Translations under genes and position numbers: made by a program | Source: Enterobacter phage EC-F2 | DNA length: 64,000 nucleotides | Sequence record: MN508624.2 | Direction: 5' to 3' (one strand) | Notes under the pieces: generated by a model | What the model was told of the DNA's origin: nothing | The model's database searches: none | The model's input: only the letters and a program-made list of their open reading frames with translations | In this document: piece by piece, positions 20,635 through 29,014 of the stretch | Numbering within the stretch: the stretch's first letter is position 1 | Layout: each line of letters starts with the position of its first letter

Positions 20635-20952
20635 ATGAATACCATTCATTGCCGCAAAGAGTTCGTTGAGTTCTATCACGGATCATGTACTGCTGCTGGA
20701 ATCGAAAGCATGTTGTTGCCTCCTTGTGATTCTGATACTCTGTCTGAAAAAGGCAGAAAGAAAAATCTGGATCGTGTTTTCTTCACTGCTGATATCGGGC
20801 TGGCTCGTATCTATGCTGGAAGGGCTGCACGTTCAATAGGTGGTGATCCGGTACTGTATCGGGTTGTGTGTCCGGTAGATGTGGTATGCATGAACGATGA
20901 CAAAGGCGCAAGCGTTTATCATGCTGCATGGGCTTTCTGTGAGGAATTATGA
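20635..20952 (+). CDS. Arr-like (rifampin ADP-ribosyltransferase family) small ADP-ribosyltransferase
   Basis: 105 aa. It shows FYHGS (the Arr H-G-T/S motif), RVFFTADIGLARIYAGRA (cf. Arr HIYFSALMEPAVWGAELA) and LYRVVCP...MNDDKG (cf. IYIVEP...FEDDPN). Confidence 0.5.
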   Translation: MNTIHCRKEFVEFYHGSCTAAGIESMLLPPCDSDTLSEKGRKKNLDRVFFTADIGLARIYAGRAARSIGGDPVLYRVVCPVDVVCMNDDKGASVYHAAWAFCEEL

Positions 20953-21122
20953 AAGATAAGGTGTTGGCGTATCTCGTTTTCTTGCTGGGATATCGCGTTG
21001 AAGTGATGGGTGGTTATTCTTCTTTGTATGGGGATTTAACCGCGATCTGGATGGTTGCGTTGGGGGTTATGTTTACCTTTATGGCGATCTGTATTGCGAA
21101 TGAGGCTGATCAAAATGCTTGA
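20949..21122 (+). CDS. Small membrane protein (57 aa, 2 TM segments)
   Basis: ATGA overlap with the upstream stop. Hydrophobic stretches are LAYLVFLLGY and IWMVALGVMFTFMAICIA. Confidence 0.4.
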   Translation: MKDKVLAYLVFLLGYRVEVMGGYSSLYGDLTAIWMVALGVMFTFMAICIANEADQNA

Positions 21123-21480
21123 ATTTTATCCTGCTGGTTGCAAGTCAAATCCGCCTGATGCGTCGTTCCAATCGTGGATCTATTTCCATCGTGAACTAAA
21201 CGACATCATCGAAAGTCAGTGGAAAGACCATCCTGAACGAAGTGCCCCCGATTTAGTCGATAGCGTAACAGATGTACGCACCCTGGAAAAAGGGCTGTAT
21301 GATTGTCTGGTTCAGGGAATGGTGTGTAAATTGATTTTGTGGTATGCTCCGATCGGTTCAGATCTAACTCGCAAAATCGCCCGTGGCTATATCATGACGA
21401 AACGTGAGTTTGACCAGATCTGGAACGAACCCGACTGTTTCGAACGCGAAAAATACGAAAATGAGGTTAGTTGTATATGA
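21115..21480 (+). CDS. Hypothetical protein (121 aa)
   Basis: Its ATG overlaps the previous stop (ATGCTTGA), indicating translational coupling. Confidence 0.45.
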   Translation: MLEFYPAGCKSNPPDASFQSWIYFHRELNDIIESQWKDHPERSAPDLVDSVTDVRTLEKGLYDCLVQGMVCKLILWYAPIGSDLTRKIARGYIMTKREFDQIWNEPDCFEREKYENEVSCI

Positions 21481-21803
21481 AACTATTTCATGTTGTATAT
21501 GGTGGAATGAAAAACATCGACATCGCCGCGTTATCTGCTGGGATGCTGGACGAACTCGAAGCACAGATCGGGAAACGATTCAAAGCCAGTATCACCGAAA
21601 CGCAAACTTTGTTTGTCGATCACCCTGCGGATATGGAAAACCTTGTCAACACTCTGGATGATCTGATGATCCCGTGTGCTGATGGTTGGAACGAAGCATC
21701 CGGTGTTCATGTAGTTGTAACTTTTGTTCTTAAAAATGTTGACAGCAGAAATGCCGAAGTGTTAGAGTTTATTCGTAAAATTGATTCTACTAAAGGAAAG
21801 TAA
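21477..21803 (+). CDS. Hypothetical protein (108 aa)
   Basis: ATGA overlap with the previous stop. Confidence 0.45.
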   Translation: MKLFHVVYGGMKNIDIAALSAGMLDELEAQIGKRFKASITETQTLFVDHPADMENLVNTLDDLMIPCADGWNEASGVHVVVTFVLKNVDSRNAEVLEFIRKIDSTKGK

Positions 21804-21805
21804 CT

Positions 21806-22150
21806 ATGAAAATCGTTCAGCGTAATATCAGCGAAGTTAGCCAGCAGGAAAAAGTACAGATTCATTTCAAATTCAATGATCTGAAACTGGGCTATGCACA
21901 GATCGCCCGTGAGCACATGCTCGATAACGGCGACATTTACGTGATTGTTCAGGAAATTGAGCGAATTCGTGCTTTCCGCGCAGAAAATCCAAAAGTGAAA
22001 CATGTTCTGCGTCGTGTGTACATCAATAAACATCGTGAAGAACAGCGCAAGCCTAAACTCAAAGCTAAACGCGATCCGCGTCCAGATAACAAACGTAAAG
22101 CAATCAACGGCGCTATGGCGCTGGCGTTCCAGGAAGCGGGTTTGGTGTAA
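21806..22150 (+). CDS. Hypothetical protein with a basic C-terminal tail (114 aa)
   Basis: The C-terminus is REEQRKPKLKAKRDPRPDNKRK. Its start lies 2 nt after the previous stop. Confidence 0.45.
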   Translation: MKIVQRNISEVSQQEKVQIHFKFNDLKLGYAQIAREHMLDNGDIYVIVQEIERIRAFRAENPKVKHVLRRVYINKHREEQRKPKLKAKRDPRPDNKRKAINGAMALAFQEAGLV

Positions 22151-22159
22151 GGGGTTTAT

Positions 22160-22687
22160 ATGTCTTCAATGATGAATCGCTGGTCGGGCGTGATAACTTC
22201 GACTATCAAAAAGGATTTGGTGAAGGTTGAAGCAAAACCAAAGCCAGTAGAACCGGAAAAAGTTCAAACTATGGTATCACTCGATCCTGCTGAGTTAGAA
22301 CACCGCCGCCGTGCAAAGCAAATTGAATTCGATCTGCGTGTCGCTCGTTCATACAACAGTAAAAACGATGATGCGCGTAACCGCAACCTTCAATTTGCTC
22401 TGACGTTAAGCGACTGGGCGAAGCTAATGAGTGAACCCGTATGTTCTTACTCCGGCAGACCGTTTAGCAACAAAGGCGGTTGCTCTGACTCCCGAACAAT
22501 GGAACGAATCAACGCTTCTCTGGGATACACGGTTGAAAACACGATCGCAGTAACCAGCGCCGCGAATAGCGAGAAATCAAATCTCGATGCGTTTATGAAG
22601 GGTTCTGTGATCCTTCCAGAAGTAAAACTGAAACTGTTACGCAAAGCTGCGTATCAAATTGAAAAACAACTGAAAATCAAGGGTTAA
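22160..22687 (+). CDS. Protein with a degenerate HNH/His-Me-finger-like C-terminal motif
   Basis: C..YSG...(20)...MERINASLGYTVENTIAVTSAANSEKSN resembles the phage HNH_3 signature (DRID..GY..N......N..K), but Glu/Arg replaces the first His. Confidence 0.35.
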   Translation: MSSMMNRWSGVITSTIKKDLVKVEAKPKPVEPEKVQTMVSLDPAELEHRRRAKQIEFDLRVARSYNSKNDDARNRNLQFALTLSDWAKLMSEPVCSYSGRPFSNKGGCSDSRTMERINASLGYTVENTIAVTSAANSEKSNLDAFMKGSVILPEVKLKLLRKAAYQIEKQLKIKG

Positions 22688-22689
22688 TT

Positions 22690-23733
22690 ATGTTTGTGAA
22701 ATATTCTTCTCTGACTAACCATTATGAAGGTAAATTCATCAATGGTGTGATCATGAATGGTTTGACTGGTGGCGTGTGGGTTGCGCGTGAAAAGATCCAC
22801 GGGGCTAACTTTAGCCTGATCACTTCTGACGGTATCAAAGTCATTCCGGCAAAACGTAGCGGAGAAATTCTCCCTACTGAACAGTTCTACGGTTGCGAAC
22901 CAGTAGTTGCAAAATACTCTGAATCCGTCCGCAAGCTGTGGGAAATGATCTCTACTGCCCGTCAGATTAGCGGCGTGTATGATGATGAACTGGTTATCCA
23001 GGTATACGGCGAATTCGCGGGGCGTGGTGTCCAGAAAGATGTTGACTACGGCGAAAAAGATTTCTACGTATTTGATATCCGCATGAATGGCGAATTCCTC
23101 CCTGATAACGTTGTAGCCACGTATTCCGTTGCTGTAGGTCTGAAAATGGCTCCACTGCTGGCATACGGTACGTTTGACGAGATCCGCGCATTGCCTATCA
23201 CCTTTGATTCGGTGGTTAACCTGGCGAACTCCGGTGCGATCCCTGCAAAGAACGGCGTTGAACCTGAGTTCAAAAACTTCATGACGCTGAAAGATGGTGA
23301 AGGTGAGAACATCGCAGAAGGTTTCGTGATGAAGCCTGTTCAACCCGCTTTCATGCCGAACGGTGAACGCGTTGCAATCAAATGCAAAACGACGAAGTTC
23401 ACAGAGAAGAAGAACAAGCAAGCGAACCGCTTCAATGCTCCTTCTGAACTGTCAGAAACAGACAAAGTGAAGCTGAACGAATTCACCTGCTACCTGACTG
23501 AAAACCGCGTGAAAAACGTTCTGTCCAAAATTGACAGCGCGAATCTCACCGCTAAAGATTTCGGTCGCGTGATGGGGCTTACGGTACAGGACGCGCTGGA
23601 AGAAATCGAACGTAACTACGGGCCTTTCCTGGAACAGTTCGAAAATCCAACGCTGGCGAAGAAAACCTTCACTAACGAAGCGTCAAATCTGGTTCGTGAG
23701 AACTGGGGCGCAATCCTGAACAATGAATTTTAA
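22690..23733 (+). CDS. rnlB: RNA ligase 2 (RnlB, T4 gp24.1 family)
   Basis: The first ~40 aa are nearly identical to T4 Rnl2 (MFxKYSSLxNHY...LTGGxWVAREKIHGxNFSLI with the adenylated Lys in KIHG). It is collinear through VAIKCK and GxVMGLTVQD. Confidence 0.95.
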   Translation: MFVKYSSLTNHYEGKFINGVIMNGLTGGVWVAREKIHGANFSLITSDGIKVIPAKRSGEILPTEQFYGCEPVVAKYSESVRKLWEMISTARQISGVYDDELVIQVYGEFAGRGVQKDVDYGEKDFYVFDIRMNGEFLPDNVVATYSVAVGLKMAPLLAYGTFDEIRALPITFDSVVNLANSGAIPAKNGVEPEFKNFMTLKDGEGENIAEGFVMKPVQPAFMPNGERVAIKCKTTKFTEKKNKQANRFNAPSELSETDKVKLNEFTCYLTENRVKNVLSKIDSANLTAKDFGRVMGLTVQDALEEIERNYGPFLEQFENPTLAKKTFTNEASNLVRENWGAILNNEF

Positions 23734-24304
23734 AACTGTTCTCGAAAACGCAAAAACGGCTACCCTGATCGGTAGCCGTGAACCCCCTGAACGTATCGCG
23801 AGTATAGCCATAAAGATTGGACGTGCTTTAAGTGATCGGGGGATATTCGCTTACTCTGGTGGTGCTCCTGGAATGGATAGCCATTTCATGTTTGACTACT
23901 CACCAGAAAGACGGCGTATAATCCTCCCTGAGAACGGTTTTAACGGGTTGTATTCGAATGGTAAGGATATCATCGACTATACAGAATACGACACGTACAA
24001 AGCCGCTGACGAAGCGAGAAAGGTAGCTGGACACTTCGACAACCAAAGCGAATGGACACAACGCCGATACGCTCGCAATTCAATGCAGGTATTAACCGAA
24101 AACCTGGACAAACCTACAGATTTTGTTCTATTCTGGGCGGTAGAGAAAGATTTTTGTGTTAAAGGTGGTACTGCGATCGCTGCAAGGCTTGCCAGATTGT
24201 ATAAAGTTCCAACGTTCAACCTTTGGAATCAAAACGTTCTGGATGAAGTCTGCGATACTTTAGGGATTAACACTAAACCTCCTACTCTGGATTTTCTCTG
24301 GTGA
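23723..24304 (+). CDS. DprA/Smf-like Rossmann-fold (SLOG superfamily) protein
   Basis: 193 aa. LIGSREPP...SGGAPGMDSHFM matches the DprA core (GSRN...SGlArGID.aAH). It overlaps rnlB by 11 nt. Confidence 0.45.
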   Translation: MNFKTVLENAKTATLIGSREPPERIASIAIKIGRALSDRGIFAYSGGAPGMDSHFMFDYSPERRRIILPENGFNGLYSNGKDIIDYTEYDTYKAADEARKVAGHFDNQSEWTQRRYARNSMQVLTENLDKPTDFVLFWAVEKDFCVKGGTAIAARLARLYKVPTFNLWNQNVLDEVCDTLGINTKPPTLDFLW

Positions 24305-24373
24305 TAACTCCCGAACAATCACGTAATTACGAACGCCTCTCTGTTGAAGAGGCATTAAAAAAGGCGAAACATA

Positions 24374-24817
24374 ATGGTAGAAATCAATGGAATCGGTGTG
24401 AACGCACAGGCGGGAAGCGGGACATCGTGGGTCAAACGCGAAACACAAGATGATCCCCGCTGTGGACGTAGCCCGACACTGGCGGAACGTGCGCGTAAAC
24501 TGGTTGATGAAATCAACGCGAAAATGGTCGAAGCATCCCGTAAAGACATTTCCGAGTATGTCCTGAAATATCCGACTAAACAAGCATATACCTTTGATAT
24601 GAAACGTTTTATCGGTAAGGTTATGGATCAGGAATGTACCGAAAAAGCATATGCGGATCTGGGTGAATGGCTGGCGGAAGAAGGGTTTACTTTCGATACC
24701 CAGCGCAACCGACAAGCTGCGTTACTCAATACCTTCGCGGGTTCGCGTCGTATTACCAACTTTAGCGATCCTAAGCGTGACGGATATAGCGATCTGACTT
24801 ATTACATCACCTGGTGA
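24374..24817 (+). CDS. Hypothetical protein (147 aa)
   Basis: ORF with an AAGGCG RBS, preceded by a GCCTCT..AGAGGC hairpin. Confidence 0.4.
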   Translation: MVEINGIGVNAQAGSGTSWVKRETQDDPRCGRSPTLAERARKLVDEINAKMVEASRKDISEYVLKYPTKQAYTFDMKRFIGKVMDQECTEKAYADLGEWLAEEGFTFDTQRNRQAALLNTFAGSRRITNFSDPKRDGYSDLTYYITW

Positions 24818-24835
24818 AAATAATTCGAAAAACTT

Positions 24836-24864
24836 GTTGACGGGAGTTATGAGTGTGGTAATAT
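24836..24864 (+). promoter_or_regulatory. Early-type promoter (AAAAACTTGTTGACG-N16/17-TAATAT) embedded in a CGGGAG/CTCCCG stem-loop (PeSL-like cassette)
   Basis: Same -35 context as the promoter at 16171. The hairpin 24841-24872 encloses the -10. Confidence 0.5.
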
Positions 24865-24904
24865 AGCTCCCGTAGACAAGACACTAACCTAAAAGGAAAA
24901 CATC

Positions 24905-25156
24905 ATGGAAATCAAATTAGTACCTACTTGCGCTGGCTACTGCTTGGCACTGAATGGTGTAGCACACAACGGTAAAGGCTTACGGGCTAACGTTGAAGCA
25001 ATGCTGAACGAACTGTGTGCGGTTTATGAATATGATGACGTTGCAACCAGCGTTAAAATCATAAGCCTTGAAAAAGATGGTGTTAACTGTGCGGGTTGGT
25101 GGGATTGCTACATCGACTATAGCGACAACCGGGTCTTCTTACTGACCAGCAATTAA
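24905..25156 (+). CDS. Hypothetical protein (83 aa)
   Basis: ORF directly downstream of the promoter cassette. Confidence 0.4.
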   Translation: MEIKLVPTCAGYCLALNGVAHNGKGLRANVEAMLNELCAVYEYDDVATSVKIISLEKDGVNCAGWWDCYIDYSDNRVFLLTSN

Positions 25157-25165
25157 GGATCGAAC

Positions 25166-25630
25166 ATGTTTGGAATGAATGAGTGTTCAGAAGCGGAAGC
25201 GCTCGAAGATTGGGCTGACTTTGATGACCTTGATCTCGATAATGAATATGGAGAATTCTTCTGTGTTGGGCGCGGGGTTGAAAGAACAAAGCGTGAACTT
25301 CGAAGCCGTTTAGCAATGGGGCGTACTGTTGGATCTGGAAAGAAACAACAAGTTAAATATTCCGATGGTTCGATTCGAAATGAAACGGTTGTCAAAGAAG
25401 TAAACGGGCGTGTCATTACGTCCGAGCGGCAGAAGGACATCAAACAATTGTACGATGTTGCAAAAGCCGCTAAAGTAGGAACCATGATCACTTGTCCTAC
25501 GTGCAAAGAGTTGCACAAGAAGACGACATATCATAAGGTGTTCTGCTCTAATGGTAAAAAATCCAGGAAAGACTGTAAGAGTAAATACTGGAACACGATC
25601 CATCCAGAACGGTTGGATCGTATATTTTAA
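25166..25630 (+). CDS. Hypothetical protein with an acidic N-terminus and a CPTC...C..C zinc-ribbon-like segment
   Basis: 154 aa. Confidence 0.4.
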   Translation: MFGMNECSEAEALEDWADFDDLDLDNEYGEFFCVGRGVERTKRELRSRLAMGRTVGSGKKQQVKYSDGSIRNETVVKEVNGRVITSERQKDIKQLYDVAKAAKVGTMITCPTCKELHKKTTYHKVFCSNGKKSRKDCKSKYWNTIHPERLDRIF

Positions 25631-25652
25631 TCAAAACGTGGAGTACGTTTAA

Positions 25653-27086
25653 ATGCAAAAATTTAATGAACTGAATAGCCTGATCACCTCAACTGATTCC
25701 TATAAAGTGTCCCACTGGTTGCAGTATCCACAAGGCACTGATGCAGCGATGTTCTATATTGAATCTCGCGGTGGTAAGTTTGATGAAGTAGTAACCGCTG
25801 GCGTTAACTTCGTTGCGCGGGTTCTTGCTGAACCAATTACCATGAAACAAGTTGAGTTGGCACGGGTACTTTACCGTAAGCACTTTGGGAAAGAGATTTT
25901 CAACTACGAAGGGTGGAAGAAGATCGCAGAACTGGGTTATGTCCCTGTTACTTTCCGTGCGATCCCAGAAGGTACGGTTGTTCCGGTTAAAAATGCCGTT
26001 GCGACTGTGTACGCCGAACGTGAATTCTCATGGTTGGCTGGGTGGCTGGAGACAATGACGATTCGCGGTATCTGGTATCCGTCATCTGTAGCAACGCTAT
26101 CGCGCGAGTGTAAAAAGGTTCTGGCTCATTACCTTGATATGACTTCTGACCTGACTGGTGAAGCATATAACATCACACTGGGTACACGTCTGCATGATTT
26201 CGGGGCGCGTGGCGCGACCTCTGCTGAATCTGCTGGTATTGGTGGGCTGGCACACCTCTATAACTTCATCGGGACTGATACCGTTGAAGGTATGATTATG
26301 GCAATCAGTCTGTTTGCGGACTATCAAACTCTGTTTGACGAAGTTGAAAACGTCGAAGCAATCGGTGTTTCAATTCCGGCTCGCGAACATTCGACTACGA
26401 TTTCCTACGGTAAAGAGAACGAAGACGAAGCATACAAAAACAGCATCGAAATGTTCGGTACAGGGTTCTACGCTTGTGTGTATGATTCCTGGGACTATAA
26501 AGGCGCTGTAGATCGCATCGCTGAATATAAAGAGCAAATCATTGCTGCGGGTGGTACTCTGGTTGTTCGTCCTGATTCCGGTGATATGATTGATAACATC
26601 ATGTACACCCTGCGTAAACTGGGCGAAATCTTCGGATACACCGTAAACAGCAAAGGTTACAAAGTTCTGCATAATTCAGTTCGCATCATCCAGGGCGACG
26701 AGATCCACGGGCCGGAAACAATCAACCGTGTGTTAAGTTGGATGGAAGCGAACAAGTGGGCGAGTGATAACATCGCGTTCGGTATGGGCGGCGGTTTGCT
26801 GCAAGAAGTTACCCGCGATACTCAAAAGTATGCTGAAAAACTGTGCGCTATCCGCGTGAATGGTGTGTGGAAAGGCGTTTACAAATGCCCGAAAGGTTCC
26901 GAGTGGAAACAGAGTAAGAAAGGTTTGCTGATGACCATCACTAACGGTGTGGAATTCAGAACGATCGACACTCTCGAAACAGAGATTCCTGACGGGTGGC
27001 GTGATGCGATGATTACGTATTACGACAACGGTGTATTAAACACCTCCGATACAGTAGGGGTTATCCGTGAGCGAGCAAGGATTTAA
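25653..27086 (+). CDS. nadV: Nicotinamide phosphoribosyltransferase (NAMPT/NadV)
   Basis: 477 aa. The N-terminal DSYK.SH motif and LHDFGARGATS, typical of NAMPT, are present. The size is right. Confidence 0.85.
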   Translation: MQKFNELNSLITSTDSYKVSHWLQYPQGTDAAMFYIESRGGKFDEVVTAGVNFVARVLAEPITMKQVELARVLYRKHFGKEIFNYEGWKKIAELGYVPVTFRAIPEGTVVPVKNAVATVYAEREFSWLAGWLETMTIRGIWYPSSVATLSRECKKVLAHYLDMTSDLTGEAYNITLGTRLHDFGARGATSAESAGIGGLAHLYNFIGTDTVEGMIMAISLFADYQTLFDEVENVEAIGVSIPAREHSTTISYGKENEDEAYKNSIEMFGTGFYACVYDSWDYKGAVDRIAEYKEQIIAAGGTLVVRPDSGDMIDNIMYTLRKLGEIFGYTVNSKGYKVLHNSVRIIQGDEIHGPETINRVLSWMEANKWASDNIAFGMGGGLLQEVTRDTQKYAEKLCAIRVNGVWKGVYKCPKGSEWKQSKKGLLMTITNGVEFRTIDTLETEIPDGWRDAMITYYDNGVLNTSDTVGVIRERARI

Positions 27087-27375
27087 TATCCGCGCCAACG
27101 ATAACGGATCAGTAGTCTTCTACAACAATCAGCCCCTTGTCGCTCGCAAGGGGCTTTTTTGTAAGTTGGTGGGCTACGGGTTCAAGTTGGAACAGGTGGA
27201 CAACGCGACACTGAAAGAGATTGTTCGGATCGCTTATCTTTTGAAAGATAAAAAAGATGAACATCGTGCTATTGCAATGCTTGAGAAATTAGGCGAAAAT
27301 CATTGCTTCGTGGTGAATCGTGGGTATAAGTACGAAACGATCGCCTTATTTGAAAAAGGGTTAAGTGAACTATGA
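27067..27375 (+). CDS. Hypothetical protein (102 aa)
   Basis: Overlaps the nadV 3' end by 20 nt. Confidence 0.4.
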   Translation: MSEQGFNIRANDNGSVVFYNNQPLVARKGLFCKLVGYGFKLEQVDNATLKEIVRIAYLLKDKKDEHRAIAMLEKLGENHCFVVNRGYKYETIALFEKGLSEL

Positions 27376-28223
27376 GTTACTTGGGTGTTATTCCCTATAC
27401 AGGCAACAAGCAATCACTATTGCCTGAACTCTTCAAGCTGTTCCCAGAAAGAAGCTCGTACATGCGTTTTATTGATTGTTTTTGCGGTGGCCTTAGTGTG
27501 TCGTTAAACGTCCCTAAACCCGTTCTAAGCAACGATTATGATAAGACGCTGATTGATATGTACAAGCGTCTTCAAATGCTTCCTGACCTCTCTCCGGTGC
27601 GAGAATTGATTGAATCAAAGGGGCTGGGGAAGAACAACAAAGAAGAGTATTTGAAATTCCGTGAAGAGTACAATCAGAACAAAGATCCGTTGTGGCTCTA
27701 TGTCCTGATCCTGCATTCGTTCAGCAACGTAAACCGGACAAACGAGAAAGGCGATTTCAACGCTAATTTCGGATGCCGGACACTGAACGGGGCAACGGAA
27801 AAACGCTTCGAGCATTTTAAAAAGAATGTGCGAGGCATTGAGTTTACCAGCGGGTCATTCAAGGATATTGATATATGTCTGAATGACTTTGTGTATTGCG
27901 ATCCTCCGTACCTGATCACCGATGCGGTGTACAACAAATTCTGGAACGAAGAACGCGAACGTGAGCTATATGCTTTCCTGGATAAACTGAATGATGCGGG
28001 GATCATGTTCGGGCTGTCCAACGTGACTCACCATGCCGGAAAACAAAATGATATCCTGATTGAATGGATGCAGAAATACCGCGTTCATAATCTGGATAAA
28101 AAGTATCTGTTAGGCCAGCATACCGACTCTTACGAGCAAAACAAAACGCAAGAAGTCTACGTGTGCAACTACCAGAAACGCGACGTAAATACATTCCCTT
28201 CAACACTAAATGATTTAATGTAG
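27372..28223 (+). CDS. dam: DNA adenine methyltransferase (Dam)
   Basis: YTGNKQSLLPEL...FCGGLSVSLNV...DPPY aligns with T4 Dam (AYTGNKQSLLPEL..FCGGLSVSLNV..DPPY). Confidence 0.95.
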   Translation: MSYLGVIPYTGNKQSLLPELFKLFPERSSYMRFIDCFCGGLSVSLNVPKPVLSNDYDKTLIDMYKRLQMLPDLSPVRELIESKGLGKNNKEEYLKFREEYNQNKDPLWLYVLILHSFSNVNRTNEKGDFNANFGCRTLNGATEKRFEHFKKNVRGIEFTSGSFKDIDICLNDFVYCDPPYLITDAVYNKFWNEERERELYAFLDKLNDAGIMFGLSNVTHHAGKQNDILIEWMQKYRVHNLDKKYLLGQHTDSYEQNKTQEVYVCNYQKRDVNTFPSTLNDLM

Positions 28224-28229
28224 GTTAAC

Positions 28230-28499
28230 ATGTTTAAAATTTATGGTTATATTCCTTCTGTCTACAACTGCGCACCATGCCTGAACTCAAAGCGTTTGCT
28301 GGATGCGAAAAAACATCCGTATGAGTTTGTGTCTGTTGCTGATTCAGTCGAAGACGGCAAACCAGTGCTGAACGAAACGGTGATTGATGAACTCGAAGCC
28401 CTGGTTGGTACGCGCCGGATGACCATGCCTCAAATTTTCCATAACGGTAAACATGTAGGCGGTTTCGACCAACTTCGTGAGTACGTCCGCACTCTGTAA
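28230..28499 (+). CDS. nrdC: Thioredoxin/glutaredoxin NrdC
   Basis: MFKIYGY...C..C...MPQIFHNGKHVGGFDQLREY is nearly identical in pattern to T4 NrdC. Confidence 0.9.
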   Translation: MFKIYGYIPSVYNCAPCLNSKRLLDAKKHPYEFVSVADSVEDGKPVLNETVIDELEALVGTRRMTMPQIFHNGKHVGGFDQLREYVRTL

Positions 28500-28531
28500 T
28501 AAATAATGACACCTTACTGAATGGTGTTATT

Positions 28532-29014
28532 ATGCTGACGAAACGAATTACCAAAAAAGACTACCCAACTATCAAGCAAGCCCTCTTTGAAAAACAAGGG
28601 GGGCGTTGTGCTCTCTGTAAACGTCCTCTTGAGGGTGAGATCGAAAAACATCACCTCGACCATGACCATGCTTTAGACGGCGAAAACGCCGGACGCGTGC
28701 GCGGCCTACTGTGTAACCTATGTAACGGTACAGAAGGTATTGTGAAGCACAAATTCAACCGATCCGGTCTTGTGTCCCGTGATGTAGATTACATCCAGTG
28801 GTTAGAGAACTTGCTTGCATATCTGAAACAAGACTATTCCGAAAACCGTATTCATGACAAATTCATACCAGATAAGGTAAAATGGTTTTCAAGACTTACC
28901 AAACCTGATATGATTGCCGAAATGGTTTCTATGGGCTTCGAGTACGCCGACAAAGACGAACGCAAAGCCTTAACCGCGAAATATAGAAAGCAATTAATGA
29001 AGGCAACGAAATGA
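28532..29014 (+). CDS. 49: Endonuclease VII (gp49), Holliday-junction resolvase
   Basis: HLDHDH..G..AG.VRGLLCNLCN..EG..KHKFNRSGL...VDYI.WLENLL.YLK is collinear with T4 gp49. Confidence 0.95.
   Translation: MLTKRITKKDYPTIKQALFEKQGGRCALCKRPLEGEIEKHHLDHDHALDGENAGRVRGLLCNLCNGTEGIVKHKFNRSGLVSRDVDYIQWLENLLAYLKQDYSENRIHDKFIPDKVKWFSRLTKPDMIAEMVSMGFEYADKDERKALTAKYRKQLMKATK

Noticed and set aside
24905-27375. NMNAT/Nudix partner of NAMPT among the flanking small ORFs
   Set aside because: None of the flanking ORFs shows an HxGH/(H/T)xGH nucleotidyltransferase or GX5EX7REUXEEXGU Nudix motif. The question is left open as a finding rather than asserted.
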